Source: Pelomyxa schiedti
Lineage: Eukaryota > Protista > Evosea
Length of the DNA: 64,000 nt
NCBI GenBank assembly: GCA_020536535.1
Contig: JAHLWZ010000702.1
Location: 1-64,000 of the forward strand
Direction: 5' to 3'
Shown here: positions 10,538 to 23,497 of the stretch, in pieces
Position numbering within the stretch: position 1 is the first letter of the stretch
Layout of the letters: every line of letters starts with the position of its first letter
The notes under the pieces: model-generated
The model's input: the letters and a program-made list of their open reading frames with translations, nothing else
Told to the model about the DNA's origin: nothing
Database searches by the model: none
Position numbers and translations under genes: made by a program

Positions 10538-11249
10538 ATGGGTACTGAGTTTTCATACCTGCTGGAAAGATGTAGGCGCGATGTCAAAATTATAATGGTT
10601 TGTATGGCGGTGTATTTTAAGGTTTTTTGACCTATGGTGAAGGTTGGAATGGAGGGCGCAGGGAAAACCACGATAACGTGTGATACTACCACTTTTCTTG
10701 TTTTTTGGCTCACTGGTAGGTATGCTGTAGGTTCAGACTACGTGGTAAGGAGGAAGAACCCTACTCCACTGGATTGGTTGAAGTCGTTCAATTTAAGAAT
10801 GTAAATTTCAGTATGCAAGCGCCCATAATACGAAAATCTTATTAAGATATACAAGCTGTGTGGGACCTTGGAACTCAGAGCCCGATAAGACCATACTGGA
10901 GCAATGTAAATGCCGGCAGCTACAAAAACCCCTCTAACTACCACTCTAGTACTACCCAGGAACTCAGGGTATCATTTTTGTTGTGGACTCTGAAAACGTT
11001 GACAGCCTCGAGGAAGCACGTTCTGAGCTGCATTCGCTTCTAGGTGATGAGCGGCTGCAAAAGGCCAGCCTCCTTATTCTTGCCAACAAGCAGGACTTGC
11101 CAGGGGCTGCACCAAGATCCTACCTAACAGAACAATTGGACTTGCAAAGAGTGACTAACAGGAAATGGAACCTATTCCTTTGTAGTGCTATTGGTTGTGA
11201 AGGATTGGGTGACGCCTTGGAGTGGTTATCCAATAATGTATCTGAGTAG
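10538..11249 (+). CDS. Divergent Arf/Arl-family small GTPase (Arl1-like)
   Basis: MG start; P-loop GMEGAGKTT; WDLGTQSPIRPYWSN|YY; IIFVVDS; LANKQD; CSA. Confidence 0.88.
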
Positions 11250-11303
11250 AAAGTAAAGAAAAGGGAAAAAATTTTCTTTCTGTTTGTTTGGGAAACAAAA
11301 TTG

Positions 11304-13099
11304 TTACAGTGCTTGGAAAGAAGGGGACGATGACAACCACTCATAGTGGAAGAATTTTCCAGGAGGGGCATCAACCCTTTCAAATGTGTGGGCTCCAAAG
11401 TAATCACGCTGGGCCTGAAGAAGATTGGCAGGGAGGAATGGTGATCTGTACCCATCATAGTAGGCCAATGCACTTGAAATGGCTGGAATTGGTACACCGG
11501 ACTGTGGTGTGGTGGATTATTCAAGCAAGGTGTTATGGGATGATACCTGAATGGCTAGGGCAGCAACTTCACGCCAGCCAGACTGGGCAGCGGAAAGCTT
11601 TTCAGCGAAATATGGAGCCAACATCAGATTGGGAAGTGCATTGTCCGCCACAAATGCATCACGGATATTGGATAGAAACTTTGATCTGATAATGCAACCA
11701 CCACGCCAGGTCATTGCAATGGCTCCGTAATCGAGGTTCCATTTCTGAGCCTAATGGTGGGGTGTCAAACAGGTGTTTTTACAAAGGAAAGACAGGATTG
11801 AACCTGAGAGGTAGCTCTCATTAACGAAAAACCTTGTGCATAAGATACAACTTTGGAAGAATAAAGCGCTTTGCCAATCATATCTACAAGCCGCGCCTTA
11901 TCGCCGATAGGTGTGGATGGGCCATGTGGGCCTTCAAGAATTTTGGCAGCATGAAGTCTTTCTGTCTTCAGTGCCGACAACACCCTTGAGGAAGTTAGGA
12001 ACAGGAAATTCATAACAGAAAAGCTACCGGGCAAATACAGCTTCTGCAATCAAAGTGACAGGGGAACCTATCTCCAATGCCTCTTGGGCTGTCCACTTTC
12101 CTGTGCCCTTCTGCCCGGCGGTGTCCATAACAAGGTCCACGATATGAGCACCGGTAGTTTTATCTCGAGCACGGAGTATGTCTGCTGTTATTTCAATCAG
12201 ATAACTTCCCAGATCGCCACTGTTCCACTGGTCAAATATGGCGGCCATTTCGTCGTTTGACATGTGGGCAACATTCTTAAGAAGGCTGTAGGCTTCACAA
12301 ATCTTATTGTAATCAGAATAGGTTAAAAGGAGTGCAGTCTAATACCAATTGCATATCCCCATACTCAATACCGTTATGAACCATTTTCACATAGTGTCCT
12401 GCCCCGCCCTCCCCAATCCAGCCTACACACTTGGAGTGGTCCTCTGGAACTTCCGCAGCCATTGAAGTGAGAATAGGTTTAATCTGGTGTATGTGAAAAA
12501 ACGTAGAGAATTGACTGTATATTACCAAAGGCCAGGCTTCAGCATTTCCACCAGGCATGAGTGAGGGTCCTTTCAGAGCACCTTCCTCTCCTCCAGAAAC
12601 ACCCATACCCACGAAAATAATCCCTCTACTACGCAATTCAGCCACACGCCGATCAGTATCAGGGAAGTGCGAATTACCCCCGTCCATAATGATATCACCA
12701 GGTGACAAGAACGGTAGCAGTGTCTGAATGGTGGCTTTTCCACAAACATTAGACCAAAGATTATGATGATATTCGAAAAAGAAAAAAGCTCACACCGTCA
12801 ACAGGTTTGCCAGCCAAAATCATAATGAGTATCTTTGCAGGCTTGCACAAAACGTCCACGAAGTCAGCGACTCCCTCACATGCCACTATCCTGTCATCAA
12901 CAGCAGGTGCAGATGCAGAAACAGACTCATGGGACAACGGCGGGTGCCTGGCGTACTTGGAGTACTTTGCACGTGCAACAGCGTCCTCGGGTCTGTTGTA
13001 GACTGCAACCTTCAACCCTCGTGAGGCTGCATTCAGGGCAAGGCTCTCCCCCATAACTCCGAGACCAATTACTCCAAACTGACAACTACCTCTGCTCAT
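11304..13099 (-). CDS. PGD: 6-phosphogluconate dehydrogenase (decarboxylating)
   Basis: [77 protein letters not shown]. Confidence 0.97.
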
Positions 13100-13327
13100 T
13101 GTTGTTGCTGTCTCAGGGCTGTCTGTTTCTTCTTGGAGTTTTATTGTTTTGGTTTTATGCAATCAGGGACGAATAATTTTTCCTTAAACTGAAAAAAGGG
13201 ATCGTACAGTACCACGCCCCCGTTTTTTTTTTATTTTTTTTTTATTTTGAAGACAATACGGTACCAGCAAATTGTGAAGACTACGTCCAATGCTTAAAAC
13301 ACACGAAAAAACGCGAATTTCAACATT

Positions 13328-15397
13328 TTAGGATTTCCCTGAAGCTGGTGGCCATTTGTATGTGGTGGAGGTGTATTCGAAGCCCATGGACTTGAGCATT
13401 CTGTCGGACTCTTCGGGACCACGGGTCCCCCATTTGTACTGAATTGGTTCCACTCTTTGTGTTTCCAGAGCTTTCAACAATGGTGTGAATATCTGAAGTA
13501 GAAATGAGATTGGGAATGGTGAGGGGCCATACACTCCAGGCCACTCTCAACTCATCCTGCCTAACGAATAAGCTGTGGTCACCACGAAGGACATCGCGTA
13601 TCAGTTGCTCATACCTGTGCAGTGATTGAGGAAAAGAAAGAACGCAATAAATGCCTACGCATCGGGGAGGTTTTCATTGAATCGGGATCTATATGTCAAG
13701 TCAAGTTCTGTCTGAACAAGTTCCCCAGAATGGCCAGGAATTTTGGTCATCAATTTGGAATAGATTGCTGTAAATTAAAGTCGGTATTGCAAAAACACTA
13801 CGCTCCGTACCTTCATTTGGTTGAATACGGATTACAATTTCGTTAGGTATGGCGCCTTCAAACAGATAATGCTTTGGTGGCTGCAGCTGAATGCGGATCT
13901 CTGCTTTTCTTTCGTTGAGTCCCTTGCAATTGTTTATGCTTAAATTCTATGCATTACTTTCGTACCTTTCCACACTTCAAGATAAACGGAACTCCAGCCC
14001 ACCGGGCATTTTGTACGCACAGGGCACAAGCAGCAAATGTCGGGGTTACCGAGTCACGGGGAACCCCAGTTTCTGAACGATAAGCTTCATACCTGTGATT
14101 GCTATTTAGTCACATCCTCAGTATGGTATACGCACTGCCCAATTACAGTATTGCATTGAGGAACAGGGGGGATGCACTGAAGAACCTTCACTTTTTCATT
14201 TCTTATATCTTCTGCTGACAGGCTGACAGGAGGTTCCATAGCAACAAGTGCTAAAACTTGCAGTAGATGATTTTGCATTACCTAAAATCATGAGAATCTC
14301 AGAATATTATGTAAAAATCTCACATCACGAATAATTCCAAATTGATCGAAGTACCTATATCACTGAGATTTTAATGTATTATTTATTGTGTAGTACCCTC
14401 CTCTGCCCTCTGTGCCAATGTCTTCTTTGAAAGTAATTACTACACATTTTATGTGATTTCTATTCCACAATGGCTCAAACATAGAGTTGGCAAATCTAAG
14501 GGAATGGCGGGCCTAATTGAGAACTAGTTTGCTTCTATAAATGGTGGAACCTCAGGGCAAGAAGGTTCATGACCATTTCCTTTCCCAAGTAGTGGTCTAT
14601 GCGATAGAGTTGCTCTTCTGTATACAAGGCGGACAGGTCCCGTTGTAAGAGTTCACTAGACTCCAAATCTCTCCCAAACGGTTTTTCAATTACAAATCTG
14701 TTCCAACCTTTTTTGTTTTTGATGAAAAACCTAATATTAGGATTAGGTGATAAGAAACCTGTGGTTGAAAGAGCAGCTGGTTTCATAGCCGCGGCCACTT
14801 GTGTGAAAATTGAAGGTGGAATAGAGAAATAGAAGACGCGGTTCGCTGATGCCTTGCCAGCCTCAAGAGTACGTAGGAACTCGGCCAGAGTGGCGTATCC
14901 CTGCGGATTAGCATACTCTCCTTGTATGTAATGAACCCGCTCAAGGAATTCCACAACGGTGGGAGGTGGAATATTGGCTGGAAACTTGGACTTAATGCCT
15001 TCACGGAAATCGTGGTGAGTGATAGCACTCCTTGCATATCCCACTATATGTACATGTGAGGGAATGAGCCTATGGTGCTAATCAAGAATCAATAAGAGGG
15101 AAGCATTGTTCTAAAGTATACATAGAGTTTCAAAAGAGATGGAAACAGTTTCTTCTTGGCAAGATCACCAGAAGCCCCAATTACAACAACTGTGAATGCA
15201 GATTGCTCAGAGAAACTGTTTTTTTTGAAATAAAAAGTGAGATTGGTCGTGACAGTGAGGAGATCTCACTTTGAAGTCACAAGATCTGAGGCATCAGCAG
15301 TAGGGTTGTGTCTACGAAACACGGGAAAACACGGTGCGCACTCTGTGGAAAAAGTGTCATAATAAACTGTCACACTAGTACGAAGCTTACGATTCAT
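13328..15397 (-). CDS. G6PD: Glucose-6-phosphate 1-dehydrogenase
   Basis: [35 protein letters not shown]|[10 protein letters not shown]|VMQNHLLQ; C-terminal WSIFTPLL and WGTRGP. Confidence 0.97.
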
Positions 15398-15712
15398 GGT
15401 TTCGTGCAAGACGGTTTCTTCCTTTTTTTTTAATTTTTGTCGTTTGGGTTGGTTTTTGCCTTTCCATCTTTCAGGGGTGTCACCGTACAAGGGGAATTGA
15501 AATTTGATGGCCAGACCCCCTGATGTGATTGAGGCAAGACTTGTTGAAGAACCTTTAGAGTTGTAGTACATCATCGGGAGTGCAGTGTTCCAGAACCAGT
15601 CGGAAAGTCTGTGGGTGATTAAGGCGAAAAAGCAGAGAAGAAATTTTTCCTCGAAGGAAGAGACGGAGGGTCCCGGAACTGTTTGGTTTGATCAGACTGA
15701 GGCACATTTCCA

Positions 15713-18700
15713 ATGGAACAACACGTTGCACGAAATCTCCTCAAGGCCGAGGAATCTTGCCTATTCGTGTGACATCACCCAAACACCAATTTTCATCTTT
15801 CTTTTTTTGACACCACGTACATTCGTATCTGACAATGGCAGGCGTGCAATGCTAATGCTGTCGCGATTGCCGTTTTGGGAAATGGCTCACACGACGATAG
15901 AATTATTATAGCTGTTGTAGTCAATAATGCAAACAAATCTAAAGCGTACATCACCCTTATTATGCTTGAGATTTGTTAACATTCCAAATAGGGTTTTTAT
16001 TCTGTCGAAGAAAGCGAATTCTGACGCATACTTACTGAAAGAAGCTTTGCCAATTTTTGAGGATATGGCATTTTCGGTTCGATCAATCATTGTTATATTT
16101 TGCTCCTTATATAAAATTCAAGTATGACAGTGAACAGTCCACGTTGGTGGATATCCGGTATCGTGATACTGGAAAAGTTTCCTATTTCGATCTCATTACA
16201 TTTGCCAATTTGAAGGCTTTCGCAAATGTTATGGATGCAGCTGTCTCACAAGCACGTATGTTATTGTTCAAGTTACTTTTGCTTATGCACTCAACATCTG
16301 TAGAGAAAGTCAAATTCAATGAAACATGTGGGTCACATCAGTGGATGTCAACGTACAAAGCAGGTTAGAACTGTTCGATTGTTTCATCTTTATTTTAACA
16401 AAAAAAAAAAAATCAGGGGTTTCACAGTCTGAGGGGGCCGAGTCTTCAATATCCACTGAGACTGCTCAATGGTTGTCCAATTTACTAAAAAGTCGAGAAC
16501 CAGAGTTCACAAGTAAACGGAATTTTCTGTGCGTCTAATCTCAAACACAAGCTGTAGGACTAATGTACTTCAGTGTTTTTGTTGGGACATGGAATGTGAA
16601 TGGCCAGAAACCGCCTGTCAACTCGGAATTGGATTCTTGGTTGCTATCATCAAAGGGGCTTAAGATGCCTGACATTTACTTCATTGGGTACTGCATTAGA
16701 TACTGTGAAGGTTTCTAAAAGAACGGGTAAAACCAGATTCCAAGAGCTTGACAGATCAGTGGAAGGTCTCCTGGCGGGAGGTGATGTTTCTAGAGCTCAA
16801 CTATGGAAGAATGCAATCCTCACTTCACTCAAGCGTGCTGGAGACTACGCATTTGTGGGTTTGTGGTGTGTGTTGTGATGCATGTGACATTCTCTTTTAG
16901 AACTACTATGGAGCATGCCGATTAGCATAACCTATCCCACTAGGTCGCATTGAAGCAACTTGTCGGAGTGATTTTATACATTTTCATGAAGAAAGTGTAT
17001 GCAAAGGAAGTTTCTTGTCCACAATCTTGCCTTGTACCAGTTGGAATCATGGGAATCATGGTAAAGTTGTTTCTTATTCGAAATATAACAGTGCAAATGT
17101 AGGGAAACAAAGGTGGTGTTGCTATTCGACTAAATTTGTTTGACAGCACTTTTTGTGTTGTAAACTCCCATCTGCATGCACATCATAGCAATGTGAACAG
17201 GAGAAATTCTGACTTCAAAGAAATTTCCTCTCGTATGCAATTCTCAGGGGCGTATCACACCATATTTGACCATGAGTATGACCTTGAAGTTTTTTGACAG
17301 AACAAGTTGCAGTACAAGCTAATTCAACCTGATAGGTACCTGTTCTGGATGGGTGACCTCAATTACCGCGTGGATCTTCCTGATAACGAGATACGAGAAA
17401 AAATTGCCAAGCAAGATTGGCAACATTTAATGGCTGGAGACCAAGTTACCTTCCTTGACTTATTGGTGTTATTAATTTTTCCAAGTTAAAACAACAAATG
17501 GCGGCAGGGCAAGCCTTTGAATCCTTCCAAGAACAGGAAGTTCGGTTTGCTCCAACATACAAAGTAGTTGTCTTCTTCTGCCCGCACTTTGAAACATGTC
17601 TTAGTATGTAAACAATAGTCTGGAATATGTCTTTGAAAAAGAACGTTCCCCTGGGTACTGTGATAGAGTTCTTTGGATAGCACAAGATCCTAAAGCAATT
17701 TCTGCACTATCATACTTACGGTACGGTAACCATTATATGGATGATCTCAAACATCAAACATTTAGTCACGAACTTCTCATTTCTGATCATAGACCAGTGT
17801 CTGCTCTATTTCAGCTCCCTGTATTTAGTGCACATAACTTTTTCTGCTAAATTAAATCTCCTTCAGGTCAAGAGTATAGCATATCAGTCAAGAGAAAGAG
17901 TTCTGCAAGATCTTTTGAAACAACTTGACACAATGGAAAACGAACGTCATCCAATTGCTACAGTATCAACAAATGACCTCAACTTTGGGAAAGTAGCCTA
18001 CATGAAGCAATGTGCTAGATCCGTTACCCTAAACAATACTGGCCAGGTTGAAACTTGAGTGGTCGGCCTCACAATCTCACTACATATTGCCAAGGTACAC
18101 GCAAAGTGGTGGTTTATCCCTGTGAATAATGACCAAACTTACTGTCCACGCTGGTTGACTATACACCCCCACAGCGGACTGTTAGAGCCGGGGGCAAGAA
18201 TTGTGATAGACGTTAAACTCAATGTGGACAGCACCTGCGCGGCCCAAATGTCTTCGTCCACTCAGACAGAACACATTCTCATACTTCATGTGGAGAATGG
18301 AAAAGATTATTTTGTGAGTGCATACCCTTTATTATGGACTTACACCTGTAGATAACCATCACATGTGAATATATGGCTTCTTGTTTTGGCTCATCCCTTG
18401 AGAAACTTGTTTTGTTCCCTGGGCCACTACGTTCATCTCAACCCCTTCCCTCCTCGGCAACCGAAAAATTGCCTATCCCGAAGGAATTGTGGAGAGTAGT
18501 GGACTACATTTTTCGCAATGGCCTACAGGAGGTTCTCCCTCCCTCCAAGGAAAGACTTCTAACGAAAGTGATAAGCCACATATTTTTAACGTGTCTGGCG
18601 AGCCATCTGAAATCGAGAAAATTCGAGAATGCCTTGATACTGGGAAAAGCTTTGCCACTTTTAGTATGACTCCTTTGGCTCCAAATGCACTCACAAAAAA

Positions 18701-19633
18701 CATTTAGATTTTAGTCCACATTCAATGGCAGAAGTTTTATTAAGATTTTTGGAAAGTCTCTCAGAACCTGTCATTCCATTTTCCTCCTATAGAAAATGTC
18801 TTCAGGCTGTGTATGTAATTGTGCGAATAGATTTTCATGAATGTCTTTGGGTTTGGGTGGTTCTATGCCCATTTATTCACTTTCTGGCACAGAATGTCCT
18901 ACTCCACCTGCTGCCAGTACGTCCGCGAGGGGGACCCTAGTCACGTCAATGTATTCTTCTACCTTGTGGCATTCCTGAAAGAGCTGCTGGCCTGTGGTGA
19001 ACAAAATCACGTAAAGCCTCAAAAACTAGGTTAAATGTGCTACCTCCCAGCCTACTTCTCACAAAGTACACAGCATGGCTTTTCGGAACTGTTATGCTTC
19101 GTAATCCTCCGGAATCCCCAGAGGAGATGGGTGATTCCGACCTGTGCACCAAGTTCCTTCTACAATTCCTCGAAGATGATTCCGCTGTAACGCATATTAC
19201 AAGCAGCCACCACGGCAGTCGCACACCAACAACATCCGCAACCCCCGTCACGTCAACATCCTCATCAGCAATGACACCTCCACCCGCCACTCCAGCACCC
19301 ACCCCATCCACCCCCTACAGCACTTCATACACAGCCCACGCCACATCAACCTCAACACCCGAGCAACAACAAACCGCAGACCCACCCAACACGCCCAACA
19401 CAACACCCACCCACATATCCTCATCACCAATCCCTCCCAGCCAACAACAGCTCACATCAACAACGCAGCTGTCCACCACACCCGTGCTATCTGCCACCCC
19501 ACAGATGCCCACGCCCGGCACTACCCCCGTTAGTTCCTCTCCCCCCCTCACTCCTCCTCTGTCCCAGTCTCCCCTCCTCGTTCCCACCACCCCTTCCATC
19601 CCCTTCCCTGACTCCGAATTTGACGACTCCTAA
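15713..19633 (+). CDS. OCRL: OCRL/INPP5B-type inositol polyphosphate 5-phosphatase (PH-like, 5-phosphatase, ASH, RhoGAP-like) with S/T/P-rich tail
   Basis: FVGTWNVNG, GFQEL, GNKGGV, NSHL, FWMGDLNYR, FAPTYK, WYCDRVLW, SDHRPV; ASH block LNNTGQ..WWFIP..ILILHVENGKDYF; SCFGSSLE; IPKELWRVVDY. Start codon is approximate. Confidence 0.9.
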
Positions 19634-19788
19634 ACCAATTGAGCCAAACTCCCAACCGAGTTAGTTCCAGTAACTTCTTTTTGCAGTGGTTTTTTTTGAG
19701 GTGTTCTTCAACAATCAAATAGTATCCTTTTTTACATACAGTGGTAGGGTAAAAACAGTTTGTTTTAGTGTGGTGCTGGATATAAATA

Positions 19789-22700
19789 TTACCAAGTTGA
19801 GCATAAAATCTGTGTGGGAATCAGACAGAACGAAAATGCGCAAGTCAAATGCATACACGAAATTCCTCTAGTTGCTGTATACATTGTGTTGCGCTGGGTC
19901 TTTTGGCAGGCTGAGGAGACCAGCAGGCTCTTATAAGTTCAGCAAAAGGTTCAGGACAACGTGTATTTATGGTGGGGCTGTGGTAAAGTAAGTGCCGGGA
20001 GTGGTTTTAAGGGGAAGACCGTAAGTTCTTCTCCGAAGCTTGCACGAGGATTTGGAAGTCGAAGTGTATATACACATACTCGGCAAAGGGGACAGCATAC
20101 TTTCCAGACAAAAGTCTCTCAACAAGTTCCCACATAATTATGCCCATGCTGTAAACGTCTGAGGCAGTTGTGAAGCTTGTTCCCTGGTATACTAAAGAGA
20201 AAGCATGAGAAATGTCAAGCAAATGTTCACTTTACATTCCGGGGCGCAATAATTCATGGTACCAACGAGCCTACCCAAAGTTGATTTGTTGGTACTTGTT
20301 TGAAACCGGGAAAGACTGAAAGACATAATAGATTAACAACAGTTTTCCCTCAAGAAATACTAACACACCCGAAGTCAGCAACTTTGACAATAAGTTTTTT
20401 GGTGACCTGCTAAAATTGAGTGATAAACAAGCACATTGGGAATGGTACAAGCAAGTTGAGGCTTTTCAAGTCTCTGTGCATGATAGCTGGCTCTCGCTTA
20501 TGAAGGAACTCAAGGCCAGAAAATGCTTGTTGTGAGAACTCCACTACACGGGCCCACGTGAACTGCACATCTGGTTCAGACATCAGGTGAACGAGGGTGC
20601 CCCTGGAAGACAAAATGGATGTTGAGATGCTACAAATCAAGGGATGCAAGTTAACCTGTGACACATTTCCATTACCATACACAGCCGACTTTCTACACAG
20701 GCCCCAAAAAAGGCCACCAAGTTTGGATGATTTATGGATCTTGTGGGTTTAAGTGACATTACAAGTGTTGCGAGATCGTCTAACCGTAGTATTGCACACT
20801 CTTTCTTGAATTCATCTATAACCTTCCCATCCAAGCAAGTGCTTTTCAAAACTTTCACTGCAACTATCTTTCCGGCGTACTTTGCTTTATAAACCTTAGC
20901 AAACGTACCTGAGCTAATTTTACTAATATACTTAATCTGGAAGAAGTCTTTAGACAAGTCTATCGTAGGGGTTACTGACTTGCTCTTCTGGGATCCAAGA
21001 TGTTTTCTCAGATGGGTTGTCAATCAAAATCGCAGTCGATGTTAAAGAAACCTTATCTGTGCGCTTGGCCCCTAAAAAAGGTATTAAGCTGGGACAGGAG
21101 GAAAAGAGAATTAACCAATAGTGTTATCAACTAAAATATAAAGCTTCTTTGTTTTTTCCATCCCATTGACAAGAGTTTGCAGTACAACATCAGTTTCTAC
21201 CTGACAGGCACTGGACTCAATTGACTCGGGTGTAATGGGACAAGATGGGTCCGCCTGTCCATCCATAATAAATAAACGGTAACTGATTTTTGTGAAAACC
21301 TGAACAAAGAAAGTCAGGTCAGTACCTTCTTTCTGAGGCATCTTCACATGTGTCAAATTCACTAAACCTGTCACAAAGATCCGAAGCCGTACACGTGTGG
21401 TCGATGGCCATTGTCCAGCAGGTTTCAGTGCCTGCATCCAAGAAATGTAGTTGTATCAGTGTCTGAATTGAAGTGAGAGTCGGGTTGTGACATCATGGAG
21501 ACTGAGGTCTTTACGAGATTTGTGGGATTTTTCTTTCCAGTTGCAAGGCGGCGGGGTTGAGTTTCTCCAAAAGGTATAACTTTTTGGGGCACTTTTTTAA
21601 TGGTCGTTATCTTCTTGGGGGCTTCTTCGGCAGCTGCCGCTGTTTTTCTGTGATGAGATGAGCTAGGGCGGTGGCCATGACTGTGGTGATGTGTTTCTTT
21701 GGAAGGTTCTTCTCCAGGAGGGTCCGCACATGTTTCACTCTGACAATTTGTTAATTCAGAACAGAAGAGAACTGCTTACAGGCGGAGGGGCGTCTCTTTT
21801 TGAATAGCGTTTGAGACTAATTGTGCAATTGGAGAAAATAAATTAGTTTGGAATCAAGACTGGTGGAATGAACCTTATCGGGGCAGGAGAGGCTAACTGT
21901 GCATTTGGTTGGTTCGAAGGAGCACTTGATTTCCCTCCCGGTGAGATTGTAGGTTCTGGTTTTTTGTTGTTATGTTGTTAGAATACAGAAGTGCTGTTCA
22001 AACCTGACAGAAGTGAATGTAGTGTCGGAGAAAATTCGGAATGCCTTCGGGTGTGCCGAGATTTTTGAGCGAAGTCAAAGTTAGAAGGGGTTTTTGGGGT
22101 TTCACTGTAATCTTTGCTGCGAGAAGTATCTTCCTGCGTTGGGACATTGCCACTTGAAGGCAAATTAGATTCATTGGTGTTGCTAGCAGGTCTGGTAGGA
22201 GAATCGGATAACTCGACAACATCTGCACTCACGGCAAGTGCACTGGTTTTGCGTGGTTTCCCGTGGAGGGGTGTATGCGATGTGGTCGTGCAGGAAGAGG
22301 GTCCTCTCCCTGCAGACTCAGAAACTGTACCAGCGTTAAGTGAAACAGGGCAGATTTGGTCAGAGTGGCTTCCACCATTTGTTGAATTGGTGTTAGTCTC
22401 TTCTTCACCTGGCCTCAGTGGTGACGGCTCTTCCATTGTTATATTTGACTGCAAGGGTGAAGGCATTTTCAAGGTTTGAGAATGGACTGCTGAAGGTGAT
22501 CCCGATTGCGTTGCTTGTGTGGTTGACGAGGCTACTGGTGAACTTGTGAAAGCATAAGGAAGAGACATACGCCAGGAACGGCGATTAGCTCCCACTGTAC
22601 CAGCTCGTTCTCTCAAGAGAAGAGATGGGGGAAGTGGAGAAGGAGAGGGCTGGGTGCTATCAGCGTTTGGTTGAGGTGTAAGTTGTGTTGGAGTGGTTGC

Positions 22701-23096
22701 TGCAGGTGATGATGTAGAGTTTGATGAAGGTGATCCCAAGTTTTTAGGTGTAGCGACAGTGTTAATGCCATCCTTAAAGTTCAGAGGGACAGCATCTGAT
22801 TTTCTGCGTAAATGTATGTGTATATGTGGATGCAAAACTGTGTTGCTCCGTTTGCGGTGGGGATCTTCTGGTGTTGTTGTCGAGGCAGAAGTTTGTGGTG
22901 GTACGCTGTTTGCTTCCGCTTCCTGTCGCAGTGCCTCGGCCCATTCTTGACGATTATAGAGCTTAGTTGGCAAACTGTGGCGTTTGTCGCGGGCCGACGA
23001 ACGGAGTGCCTCTATCGAATCCGCCCCTTGTGCAGCGCTCGCTTCCACATAACGCGAGATCTCGTCCTCGGTCCCGTGTGTGGCGTGGTTTCCCAT
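19789..23096 (-). CDS. TKL-group protein kinase with long low-complexity N-terminus
   Basis: SSGTFAKVY, VAVKVL, HPNLVAFFG, HRDLKSLNLL, VADFG, SDVYSMG, CW...P.KRPS. Stop codon is approximate. Confidence 0.88.
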
Positions 23097-23497
23097 AGTA
23101 TCTTAGGGACGACTTCACTCTCTGGGTGTACTTCCCAGATGCAACGCACACTCTTCAGCAACAAAGACGTATTTAATTATTTACTATTTTATTCGGTATT
23201 TGTTGGCGAGTGCTGTTTAGTTTCTGCTGAGGTTTGTTACAGAATTTGCCTGCTGGGCACCAACTAGGGTGTCGCTGTTTGCTGTTGGTTGCGGTGTTAC
23301 GATCGATCTAAATTTCGCCCGTTGGCGTATCTTTTTTGGTTTTGTGTGTTTGTGGCAGTTTATCTCTAAAAAGTAACAGCGAAGGGCCAGAGAAAAAATG
23401 GTCAATTCACGGCCAAGATTCGCAGTTTGCATTTGGTGTTGTAAGCGGAAGAAAAAAGCATCGGTATGCCAAAGATGGGAACAAGCAGATCTTGGGG

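Noticed and set aside
18575-18605. Missing arginine finger in the OCRL RhoGAP-like domain (IFNVSG)
   Set aside because: An inactive GAP-like domain is the known state for the OCRL/INPP5B family.
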